Below, piece after piece: positions 56,449 to 64,000 of a DNA stretch of 64,000 nucleotides; within the stretch, counting starts at the first letter, position 1, and each line of letters starts with the position of its first letter. Both the position numbers and the translations under genes were made by a program. The stretch is from an uncultured Acidobacteriota bacterium (GTDB lineage Bacteria > Acidobacteriota > Terriglobia > Acidiferrales > UBA7541), in the NCBI GenBank assembly GCA_963749435.1, contig CAVVMU010000010.1, positions 570,678 to 634,677 on the forward strand, read 5' to 3'. The notes under the pieces are model-generated. The model ran no database searches, was not told the origin of the DNA, and was given only the letters and a program-made list of their open reading frames with translations.

Positions 56449-58859
56449 TGCAAGATGTCCGTTTCGGCGCGCGCATGCTCCGCAAAAGCCCCGGGTTTAC
56501 CGCCGTGGCCATTCTCACCCTTGCCCTGGGCATTGGCGCAAACACCGCCATCTTCAGCCTTGTCGATGGCATCCTTCTTCGCCCCCTGCCTTTCGCGACA
56601 CCTCAAAACCTCGTCAGCATTTCGGGCACCTTCCCCAGAGGCGCGTTCGTCGCTTTGCGCGAGCAGATGCAATCCCTCGATGCGGCCGCGTACTTTGAAG
56701 GCCACGAATTCAATCTCACCGGGCGCGGTGAGCCGGCGCGCCTGTCGGGCATGCTTGTCTCCGCGGAATTTTTCTCCGTCTTGGGCGAGCGTCCGGAGAT
56801 TGGCCGTACTTTTTATCCTGGCGAAGACATCGCGGGAAGAGACAATTACGTCGTTTTAAGCCACTCGCTCTGGCAAGAGCGCTTCGGAGCCGATCCATCG
56901 ATTCTCGGCCGTTCCATCGAGCTCGAAGGCGTCAGCCGCGAAGTAATTGGCGTGATGCCCGCGGAATTTACGTTTCCTTCCGCCAAAACACAGGTCTGGT
57001 TGCCTCTCCACAACGATCCTCGCGACACGGTTGCCTATTGGGCTGGCGATTTCATGCCCATCATTGGCCGTCTCCGTCCTTCTTCAACCATTCCCCATGC
57101 TCGCGCCGAGATTCGGATGTTTCAGTCGCGGGTAGCCAAACTCTTTCCCTGGCCCATGCCGGCGGACTGGAATGCCGACATCAGCGTCGTGGAATTGCGC
57201 AATGGCATGGTCACGGGCGTGCGCGGCCGTCTGTTCCTATTGCTTGGCGCGGTTGGCCTGATTCTTCTCATCGCTTGTGTCAACGTCGCCAACCTCGCCC
57301 TTTCCCGAGCCGCCACGCGCGAAAAAGAAATCGCTGTGCGCACAGCGATGGGCGCGGAACGCAGCCGGATTGTCCGCCAACTTCTCACGGAAAGTGTCTT
57401 GCTTGCTCTATTTGGTGGGTCGCTCGGAGTCGTGCTCGCCATCGAGGGGCTGCATTTGCTCAAGGCCGCGCTTCCGGCGGACACACCTCGTCTTGCCGAT
57501 GCGCATATCGATTGGCGAGTTCTCGCATTCACGTGTTGCCTGGCCGTTCTCACGGGGCTTCTCTTCGGTCTTGCCCCCGCGCTTCACTCGTCGCGAGCAT
57601 CTCTCGCCCAGTCGCTTAATACGGCCACGCGCGGAGCCGGCGTCTCCATTTCAAACCAATTGCGAGGCGCGCTGGCGATCGCGGAAGTTGCTTTCGCCGT
57701 GCTTCTCGTTATCGCAGCAGGCTTGCTGATTCGCAGCTTTGTCGCGCTCTCGCACGTGGACCCCGGTTTTCGCGCCGACCGAGTGCTTACGGCGCGCGTC
57801 ACTCCCAATCAGGCATTTTGTGGCGAGCCCTCACGCTGCATTTCTTTCTATCGCGAACTCCTCGGCCGCATACAAGGCGTTCCCGGCGTCAATTCTGTCG
57901 CTGTCGTCAACACGCTGCCTCTCGGCGGCCGTGTCGCCAAGCGCTCCCTCGAAATCGAAAACGAACCTGTGGCTCCGGGCAAGGCTATGCCGCTCTTCTG
58001 GATGGACGTCGTGACGCCTGACTATCTGCGCGTTATGAAAATTCCAGTCGTCGCCGGCCGAGGTTTCAACTCCGCGGACGATTCGGGCAATGCACCCGTA
58101 GCGATCGTAACCACAGCCGTCGCTCACCGGTTTTGGCCCGGGCGCAGTCCCATCGGCTCGCACGTTCGCTTAAGCGGAGACAAAGACTGGCGCACCGTCG
58201 TCGGCATCGTTTCCGACGTTCGCGCTTACGACCTGCAAAAAAATGTTCCCGATTGGATCAACGGCACGATCTACCTTCCGTATGCCACACACGCGACGCT
58301 TGAAGGCGGGCGCGTCCCGTCGGACATGACTCTCGTCATTCAATCGAACCTGGATGAGTCGCAGCTTCAGAATGTCCTGCGGCGAACCATCGCCGATCTC
58401 AATCCGGAAGTCCCGGCAAGTGAAGTGAAGACGATGCGCGCTGTAGTCTCCGAGGCCGTTTCAACCCCAGCTTCCACAACCGTTCTTTTCGTAGCGTTTG
58501 CCGCGCTCGCGGTCGTCCTCGGACTGATCGGCATTTACGGCGTGCTGTCGTTTCTCGTCTCCCGGCGCACCCGCGAAATCGGCATCCGGCTCGCTCTTGG
58601 TGCGCAGCGCCGCGACGTACTCTGGCTGGTGATGAAGGAAGGCGCGAAATTCTCGATTCTAGGTATTTCCCTCGGGCTGGGGTGCGCTCTCGGGATCACT
58701 CGACTTCTGACCAGCGAACTCTACGGCGTCAGTCCGGCGGACCCTGTCACATTTTTAGCGACGGCACTCCTCATGGCCGCGGTAACGCTTCTCGCGTGCT
58801 ACGTTCCTACGCGGCGCGCCATGCACGTCGATCCACTCGTGGCTCTCCGTAATGAGTGA
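56409..58859 (+). CDS. Second MacB/FtsX-like ADOP permease (body; N-terminal prefix lost to a frameshift near 56428-56440)
   Basis: 816-aa ORF. From the internal ATG at 56436 it reads [43 protein letters not shown], followed by two FtsX modules. Confidence 0.8.
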   Translation: MPRSSRRQIMGTLMQDVRFGARMLRKSPGFTAVAILTLALGIGANTAIFSLVDGILLRPLPFATPQNLVSISGTFPRGAFVALREQMQSLDAAAYFEGHEFNLTGRGEPARLSGMLVSAEFFSVLGERPEIGRTFYPGEDIAGRDNYVVLSHSLWQERFGADPSILGRSIELEGVSREVIGVMPAEFTFPSAKTQVWLPLHNDPRDTVAYWAGDFMPIIGRLRPSSTIPHARAEIRMFQSRVAKLFPWPMPADWNADISVVELRNGMVTGVRGRLFLLLGAVGLILLIACVNVANLALSRAATREKEIAVRTAMGAERSRIVRQLLTESVLLALFGGSLGVVLAIEGLHLLKAALPADTPRLADAHIDWRVLAFTCCLAVLTGLLFGLAPALHSSRASLAQSLNTATRGAGVSISNQLRGALAIAEVAFAVLLVIAAGLLIRSFVALSHVDPGFRADRVLTARVTPNQAFCGEPSRCISFYRELLGRIQGVPGVNSVAVVNTLPLGGRVAKRSLEIENEPVAPGKAMPLFWMDVVTPDYLRVMKIPVVAGRGFNSADDSGNAPVAIVTTAVAHRFWPGRSPIGSHVRLSGDKDWRTVVGIVSDVRAYDLQKNVPDWINGTIYLPYATHATLEGGRVPSDMTLVIQSNLDESQLQNVLRRTIADLNPEVPASEVKTMRAVVSEAVSTPASTTVLFVAFAALAVVLGLIGIYGVLSFLVSRRTREIGIRLALGAQRRDVLWLVMKEGAKFSILGISLGLGCALGITRLLTSELYGVSPADPVTFLATALLMAAVTLLACYVPTRRAMHVDPLVALRNE

Positions 58860-58892
58860 TTTCTAGGCTTAGGCTGCGGAAGACGAACTTCG

Positions 58893-60044
58893 CTAAAACA
58901 GTTTTACCGCGAGGTCCTGCGGCTTGTTCCCGACGGGGATCATCGTTAGCAAACTATTCGTTCGCACGCGAATCACCGCAACATCCGATGAGCCTTCGTT
59001 CACGACGACCAGTAAATTCTCGTTGGGCTCGTCGGGATCGAAGCGCATTACGCCGGGGGATTGCCCCGCTTGAATCGGGAATTCTTTCCCTGTGCCAGGC
59101 TCACGCATCACCCGCCGGTTGGGCAAGTCCACCGGAATAATGTGGCCCGCGGCACTATCCGAAACATAGAGCGTATTTCCGTCGGCGCTTAGAACTCCTC
59201 GCGTGGGCGCCGAGCCGAGCACCATGTAATCTCCCACCTCGTGCGTCCACGTATTGATCACCTGCAACCCGTGCGCCTCGGGCGAGATGACATACAGCTC
59301 GCCTCCGTCTGGCTTCAGCAGCATGTCCGAAGGATTTCCATCCAACTCCAGGTTCGTCACGAGGACGCTCCTCCGCAAATCGACCACCGATAGCCGGTGT
59401 TCTGTCCGGCTCAACACAAACGCCAGGCTACTGTCTGGAAGCACCGCGACTCTTTCTGGCTGCTGAACAATGCCCACCGTGCTGCGGAGCGCCAGTGTGC
59501 TCGCATCATGTATTCCTAGCGTCGCGTCACGATGATTCAGCACCAGCACGATCTTTCCGTCCGGTGTAACCTGCGCCAGAACCGGCTCCCCGCCCGTTTT
59601 TGTCCGCGCCAGCACACTTTTCGACTGACAATCGATCACCACCAGCGTGTCCGATCCCGACGACGTCGTGTACAAGAGCCCGCCGTCCGGCGAAAAATCA
59701 ATCGCGTAGGGAAGGGGACCAACGGGAATCCGCGCTCCTACCTGATTCACCCGCGCATTGATTACCCAAACGTATCCGCCGGCCGAACTCACTCCCCAAA
59801 CCTCAGCCCGTTTCGGATGTTCCCGCATCCCCGATAATCCCGGCCCAATCGCAATGCGTGCCACGGCGCCGAGCTTCACAAGATCAATCACCGTCACGCT
59901 TCCGTCGCCCGCGGAAACGTACGCGCACAATCGCAACCCCGGCCTCAGAAAAGACGGCCGGTGCTCGCGCAAAAGCAAAACCACGCCCGTAATCAGCAGA
60001 ACGCCCAGCAGGAAGTACACACGGAAATTACGCGGCCGGTCCAT
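58893..60044 (-). CDS. YncE/YVTN-type beta-propeller repeat protein with N-terminal membrane anchor
   Basis: Repeated ~40-residue units (GSVTVIDL..., YVWVINA..., DTLVVIDC..., LSVVDL..., LYVSDS..., DVAVIRV...). The likely start is ATG at 60044 (MDRPRNFRVYFLLGVLLITGVVLL). Confidence 0.7.
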   Translation of the reverse strand: MDRPRNFRVYFLLGVLLITGVVLLLREHRPSFLRPGLRLCAYVSAGDGSVTVIDLVKLGAVARIAIGPGLSGMREHPKRAEVWGVSSAGGYVWVINARVNQVGARIPVGPLPYAIDFSPDGGLLYTTSSGSDTLVVIDCQSKSVLARTKTGGEPVLAQVTPDGKIVLVLNHRDATLGIHDASTLALRSTVGIVQQPERVAVLPDSSLAFVLSRTEHRLSVVDLRRSVLVTNLELDGNPSDMLLKPDGGELYVISPEAHGLQVINTWTHEVGDYMVLGSAPTRGVLSADGNTLYVSDSAAGHIIPVDLPNRRVMREPGTGKEFPIQAGQSPGVMRFDPDEPNENLLVVVNEGSSDVAVIRVRTNSLLTMIPVGNKPQDLAVKLF

Positions 60045-60149
60045 AGTCAGTTGGATTGTTGCATGTAGTCTGAGGAATTGGTGACAAATCCGAACGTCAA
60101 CCTGAAATACCAACAGGAACACTGGCTCGTTGTAAGGCGCCAGAAGCTT

Positions 60150-61178
60150 TCAATTCACCTCGCGACCCAAAACCGCCGCAATCTGGCGAACCTCTTTCAC
60201 TAACTCGGTAAACTCTTCCGGCAGAATCGATTGCATGCCATCGGAGAGCGCTTTGTCCGGCTCGTGATGCACTTCGACGAGCAGTCCATCTGCGCCCACC
60301 GCGATCGCCGCGCGCGACAGCGGCAAAACTTTGTGCCGCTTGCCCGTCCCGTGTGACGGATCCACTAAGATCGGCAAATGGCTCCGCTTCTTCACCGCCG
60401 GTACCACTGCCAAATCCAAAGTGTTCCGCGAAAAATCCGAAAACGTTCGCACGCCGCGCTCGCACAGCATCACGTTGTAATTTCCTTCGGACAGGATATA
60501 TTCCGCGGCCATCAAGAACTCATCCAACGTCGCCGACATCCCGCGCTTCAAAAGCACTGGCTTCTTCGCTCGCCCCGCCCGCTTCAGCAGCGAAAAATTC
60601 TGCATATTCCGTGCGCCAATCTGAATTACGTCGGCGTACTCCTCGACCAGGTCCAGACTCTCGTTGTCGATCGCCTCGGTAATAATCCCAAACCCATACG
60701 CCTTGCGCACCTTCGCCAAAATCTTTAGCCCCGGCAATCCCAACCCCTGAAAGCTGTACGGCGAAGTCCTCGGCTTATAGGCCCCGCCCCGAAACAACCG
60801 CGCCCCGCTCTTCTTCACCCGTTCCGCAATCGCCATACACTGCTCTTCCGTCTCCACCGCGCACGGCCCCGCCACCAGCGCGATCATCTTTCCGCCAACA
60901 ATCACCTCTCCTCCCGGCACCGGAACCCGCAGTACGCTGTCCTCCTCCTTCGCGTCCCGACTCACTAGCTTGTACGGTTTGCTGACCGGTATGCACTCCA
61001 CCACTCCCGGCAGCGACTCCAGCACTCCCAGATCGATCGCTCCCTTGTTCCCGGTAATCCCGATCGCCGTTCGAATCGTCCCCGGAATCGGATGCGCCTT
61101 CAGCCCCAGACTCTCAATGCGTTCGCACACCCCGCGAATCTGCTCCTCCGTAGCGTGCGACTGCATGACCACCAGCAT
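60150..61178 (-). CDS. 3-deoxy-7-phosphoheptulonate (DAHP) synthase, type I-beta with N-terminal ferredoxin-like regulatory domain
   Basis: From ATG at 61178: [25 protein letters not shown]..., then [32 protein letters not shown] and VDPSHGTG. The upstream extension in the track ORF looks non-coding. Confidence 0.88.
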   Translation of the reverse strand: MLVVMQSHATEEQIRGVCERIESLGLKAHPIPGTIRTAIGITGNKGAIDLGVLESLPGVVECIPVSKPYKLVSRDAKEEDSVLRVPVPGGEVIVGGKMIALVAGPCAVETEEQCMAIAERVKKSGARLFRGGAYKPRTSPYSFQGLGLPGLKILAKVRKAYGFGIITEAIDNESLDLVEEYADVIQIGARNMQNFSLLKRAGRAKKPVLLKRGMSATLDEFLMAAEYILSEGNYNVMLCERGVRTFSDFSRNTLDLAVVPAVKKRSHLPILVDPSHGTGKRHKVLPLSRAAIAVGADGLLVEVHHEPDKALSDGMQSILPEEFTELVKEVRQIAAVLGREVN

Positions 61179-61290
61179 CGTCAACTCCCCTGTGCTCTGA
61201 ATACACCCCAAGCAAACCAGTAGTCTAAGCCATGCCGCTGTGGCCTCGCAAATCCGCGAATCGTTCGAATTCTTCGAACAGGGAACTGCT

Positions 61291-62982
61291 TCAGGCGGGT
61301 TTCGGTTCTGCCCGCCGCGCCCGATAAAAACCCCACGCAACGATAAGAATCGCCGCCGCACTCAGCGTAATCGTCACTGCCGACCAGAACGTCACCGCCG
61401 CGTCCACGCCAAGCACGTGCTCAGGCACAGTGACCAGGCTCCACATCGCGTTGCTGAGCCGCATCTCGTCCGTGGACCGGAAGCTCGAGCCTCGGAAATC
61501 CGCCAGCACCCTCTGAAACGGCAGAAAACAAACCAGGAACGCGCCACTCGCCACGAGCAACGTCATCGGCGCCCAATCTGCTGTGAAACACACTACTCGC
61601 CGCCACAGCCCGGTTTGCGCTGCCTTTTTGCTAGACCACAATTCCAGCGACAGAATCCCCACTAAAGCGCAAAGCAAGGCGAGTCCGCCCAGAATCACAA
61701 ATCCTTGCACTAGCGCCGCTTGGCGTTCGAACGTCCGAGCGCGCTCCGTGCGCCCTTCTTCGTCGCGCGCAAAGCGGTGGCGGACGGATTGCTCAAGCTC
61801 GTTCAGGTGCGCGATTGTTCTGCGCGCCTCGTCCGGTCTTCCTTCAGCGATATAGATCTCCGCAAGTTCCTTGTCCGCCATGCGCGAAATCGCCGCCGCA
61901 ATCAACTCCTCGATCACCGTCCCGCCTGAACCCATCATCCGCGCTCCAAACGCGGCCACTCCTTGCGCTAGTGTCTCCGCCTGTTTCGCGTCACCCGCTG
62001 CCAGCGCCTTGCTTGCTTGGTCCAGTTCGATCTCCGCATACAGCCTCATCAGCCGCAGGTCCGGAATCCCGTGCGACCACAGACTCATGAGAAAAATGTC
62101 CGGCGGCAGACTCGGGTCGCGGTCCCATACATCACGCATCACTCGGATGTGCTTCACCAGGTAGCTGTCGTACTTCGGTGCGGCATACGCTCGCGCCATC
62201 ATCGCCATCCACTGCGGGTCCTCCCCCAGGCTCCGGTAGTCGCGCTCGTTTGAGTAGCCAGCACCCACGCTGAGCTTCTGTTCTGCCACCGCGCTCGCTT
62301 CGATCAGGATCGGGACCGCATTGTCGGGATCTGCGGCTTGCAACCGTTCGACCCACTCTTTTTGCGCCGGGTAGTAATTCGCGCGATGGTTTTTCGCCCC
62401 ATAAATCCAGATATATGATGGATCCAGCGCCACAGTCCGCTCCACGAACCTCTCTGCGCGCTGCTCCGCTTCATGCGCGGGGTCTCTCGTCGCGCTGAGC
62501 GCCACGAACGCCAGGGTCTCTGCATCCTTCGTCTTCTCCGCCCGCGCGGCCAGTTTGTCGAGTGTCCGCTGGTCGGAATTCGTCGGCATAAACTCCAGCC
62601 AGCTGGCCGTCACCGTCTGCACGGCCAAGCGCCCCTCCGGCAAAAACAGCAGCACCGCCGTGCACGTCAAAACAGCCGCCGTGAACAATCTCGATCGCTT
62701 TGGCAGCACCCCCCGCTGCTCGGGGCCCCATGCTTCGGGAGGGGAACTGCCAGCTGGAAGTTTCATCCGCTTCCAAGCACTCGAAAGCACCGAACGTGAG
62801 AAGAGCATAATTCCTCCGAACGACCACCTCACCATTTCAAACGCACTCCTCGTCTCATCAATCTCCGCCGCCAGGGCCAGCCCCCACGCGCGATTCTCCT
62901 CCGGCCAATAACGCACCGCGCATCCCAACGCCCATCGCGCAAATCGCGCCGTCACCGAATTTTCTTGTGCGGACATGCTCAT
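61291..62982 (-). CDS. PadR-coupled membrane protein (cytoplasmic helical N-domain, TM, large helical-repeat periplasmic domain, C-terminal TM bundle)
   Basis: The start ATG at 62982 forms an ATGA overlap with the PadR stop. Sequence [34 protein letters not shown]... Hydrophobic segments around [15 protein letters not shown] and four more near the C-terminus. I recognise no enzyme motif. Confidence 0.6.
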   Translation of the reverse strand: MSMSAQENSVTARFARWALGCAVRYWPEENRAWGLALAAEIDETRSAFEMVRWSFGGIMLFSRSVLSSAWKRMKLPAGSSPPEAWGPEQRGVLPKRSRLFTAAVLTCTAVLLFLPEGRLAVQTVTASWLEFMPTNSDQRTLDKLAARAEKTKDAETLAFVALSATRDPAHEAEQRAERFVERTVALDPSYIWIYGAKNHRANYYPAQKEWVERLQAADPDNAVPILIEASAVAEQKLSVGAGYSNERDYRSLGEDPQWMAMMARAYAAPKYDSYLVKHIRVMRDVWDRDPSLPPDIFLMSLWSHGIPDLRLMRLYAEIELDQASKALAAGDAKQAETLAQGVAAFGARMMGSGGTVIEELIAAAISRMADKELAEIYIAEGRPDEARRTIAHLNELEQSVRHRFARDEEGRTERARTFERQAALVQGFVILGGLALLCALVGILSLELWSSKKAAQTGLWRRVVCFTADWAPMTLLVASGAFLVCFLPFQRVLADFRGSSFRSTDEMRLSNAMWSLVTVPEHVLGVDAAVTFWSAVTITLSAAAILIVAWGFYRARRAEPKPA

Positions 62983-63296
62983 GCCCCGTGCTCCGCTGCC
63001 GAGGGCTTCCAAAATCGCCGTTCCTGCGCCTCGCGAATCTCTTCGCGCGCCCACTCCCGCGCGGTTCCGGAAAGCCTGTACAGATGTCGCGGCGGCCGCC
63101 CAGGCGTCTTCGCTTCTTCCCACCGCGTCTCCAGCCAGCGCAATTTCTCTAGCCGCATCAATATCGGATAAAGCGTTCCGGACGGAATGCTCGTGCTCTG
63201 GCTCAGCGAATACCCGTGCTGCCATTGTCCTGGCCGGGTCAGCAAAGCATCGAGTACCGTCAGCGTTTGCTTCGAAAGTCGAATGCGCACTCCCAT
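62979..63296 (-). CDS. PadR-family transcriptional regulator
   Basis: 105-aa ORF with TLTVLDALLTRPGQWQHGYSLSQSTSIPSGTLYPILMRLEKLRWLETRWEE...RHLYRLS. Confidence 0.85.
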   Translation of the reverse strand: MGVRIRLSKQTLTVLDALLTRPGQWQHGYSLSQSTSIPSGTLYPILMRLEKLRWLETRWEEAKTPGRPPRHLYRLSGTAREWAREEIREAQERRFWKPSAAEHGA

Positions 63297-63306
63297 ATCA
63301 ATAACT

Positions 63307-63331
63307 CTACATAGGTAGATATAATTGTCAA
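63307..63331 (-). promoter_or_regulatory. Promoter and candidate PadR operator for the 62979..63296 operon
   Basis: The minus strand reads TTGACA (63331-63326), spacer, then TAGAGT close to the ATG, giving a near-leaderless transcript. Quasi-palindrome CTACATAGGTAG at 63307-63318 overlaps the spacer/-10. Confidence 0.35.
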
Positions 63332-63458
63332 CCCCTTCTTTCTCCTCTGCCCTCTACTTCCAACCCTTCGCCTCTCCTCTTCGCCCAATCGCCCGGCTGC
63401 CTCAGCCATTTTGCCTCGTGTGCTAGAATAGCTAGTTTGAGGACAGGCCGATTTTCTT

Positions 63459-64000
63459 GATGGGAATGCCAGAACAACCTCTCACTCACGTCTCTGAATT
63501 TGATCCTGAAGACGAGTATCGCCCGGAACCCGAGCCGGAACCGCTCCCGCCCACGTGGATGGACGGCAGCCTTCGTATTGGCATCCACGCGTCCATCGCC
63601 GGAAGCTACCTCAACGCTCTCGAGTCCGCGCGTAAGCTAGGCTGCAATGCTCTGCAAATCTTCTCCGCCAGTCCGCGCATGTGGCAAGGCGGTCCCTCGC
63701 GCATCCCTGAAGTAGACGCAGCCGCCTTTCGCTCTCGTCGCGCCGAACTAGGCCTCGGCCCACTCGTCATTCACGCAAACTATCTGATCAATCTCGCTGC
63801 CGAGCAGCCCATGCTGCGCACGCGCTCGATTCAAGCCTTTCACGATGAGCTTGTCCGCGCCATTGCCCTCGGCGCCGATTTCATCGTCGTCCACCCCGGC
63901 TCGCGCGGTGAAGCCACGCCAGAGCAAGCGGTGTCCACCGTCATCGAATCCGTCAAGCAAGGCTCCAAGCGCGTCTCTCTTGGCAACTTGCGCATCCTCA
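63459..64000 (+). CDS. nfo: Deoxyribonuclease IV (endonuclease IV), 3' end runs off the window
   Basis: Not in the track because there is no stop in the window. Hand translation from ATG at 63459 gives MGMPEQPLTH...LRIGIHASIAGSYLNALESARKLGCNALQIFSASPRMW...LVIHANYLINLA...FIVVHPGS, the endonuclease IV TIM-barrel motifs. Confidence 0.85.

Noticed and set aside
61179-61361. Upstream extension of the DAHP synthase ORF
   Set aside because: The extension is Arg/Cys-rich and would overlap the end of the neighbouring gene. Type I-beta enzymes with the ferredoxin-like domain begin near MLVVMQ.
62983-63225. Upstream extension of ORF 61291..63225 across the PadR gene
   Set aside because: It overlaps the clearly real PadR ORF in another frame. 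An ATG at 62982 gives the classic ATGA coupling.
1-64000. CRISPR arrays, rRNA or tRNA genes
   Set aside because: No regularly spaced direct repeats and no rRNA- or tRNA-like conserved blocks were seen in any intergenic gap large enough to hold them. This is a by-eye judgement that tRNAscan/Infernal could overturn.

Overview
GC-rich bacterial chromosomal segment. Two gene families suggest Acidobacteriota/Terriglobia: a VWFA-related protein of the acidobacterial TIGR03436 type, and two PadR-linked duplicated orphan MacB-like (ADOP) permeases. This assignment is inference only.

Most of the window is ordinary housekeeping sequence: rarA, a TrmH-family methylase, tsaC, anmK, mutS, a ptrB-like peptidase, uppS-cdsA-dxr-rseP-fur, ribF, mazG, recO-glyQ-glyS, ppdK, an lptF/G-like permease, a GH57 enzyme, DAHP synthase and nfo. 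I saw no rRNA, tRNA or CRISPR array.

The accessory and unusual content is:
1. A compact ~4 kb block (about 29.6-33.6 kb) encoding a Cys4 Zn-ribbon protein, a DnaG-type primase broken by one in-frame TAG, and two translationally coupled tyrosine recombinases.
2. An IS4-family insertion sequence (26167-27484) with perfect 17-bp inverted repeats, sitting inside a striking T10-G17 / G-rich tract.
3. A decayed island (20.0-22.4 kb) with frameshifted hicAB, an AT-rich DUF1801 gene, and remnants of an IS200-like/RAYT transposase and an HNH nuclease.
4. A soluble MgtE-type Mg2+-sensor protein (PRC-MgtE_N-CBS, no pore) next to an NRAMP homolog whose metal-site motifs match the Mg2+-transporting NRMT type. 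The pair is preceded by a ~350-nt leader with its own promoter and an intrinsic terminator just before the start codon.
5. Two apparent gene fusions: MBL-hydrolase::RibF and LptF::LptG.
6. Two PadR loci sharing a CTACAT-containing quasi-palindrome over their promoters.

Inactivating lesions cluster in accessory genes, while every long housekeeping ORF is intact.
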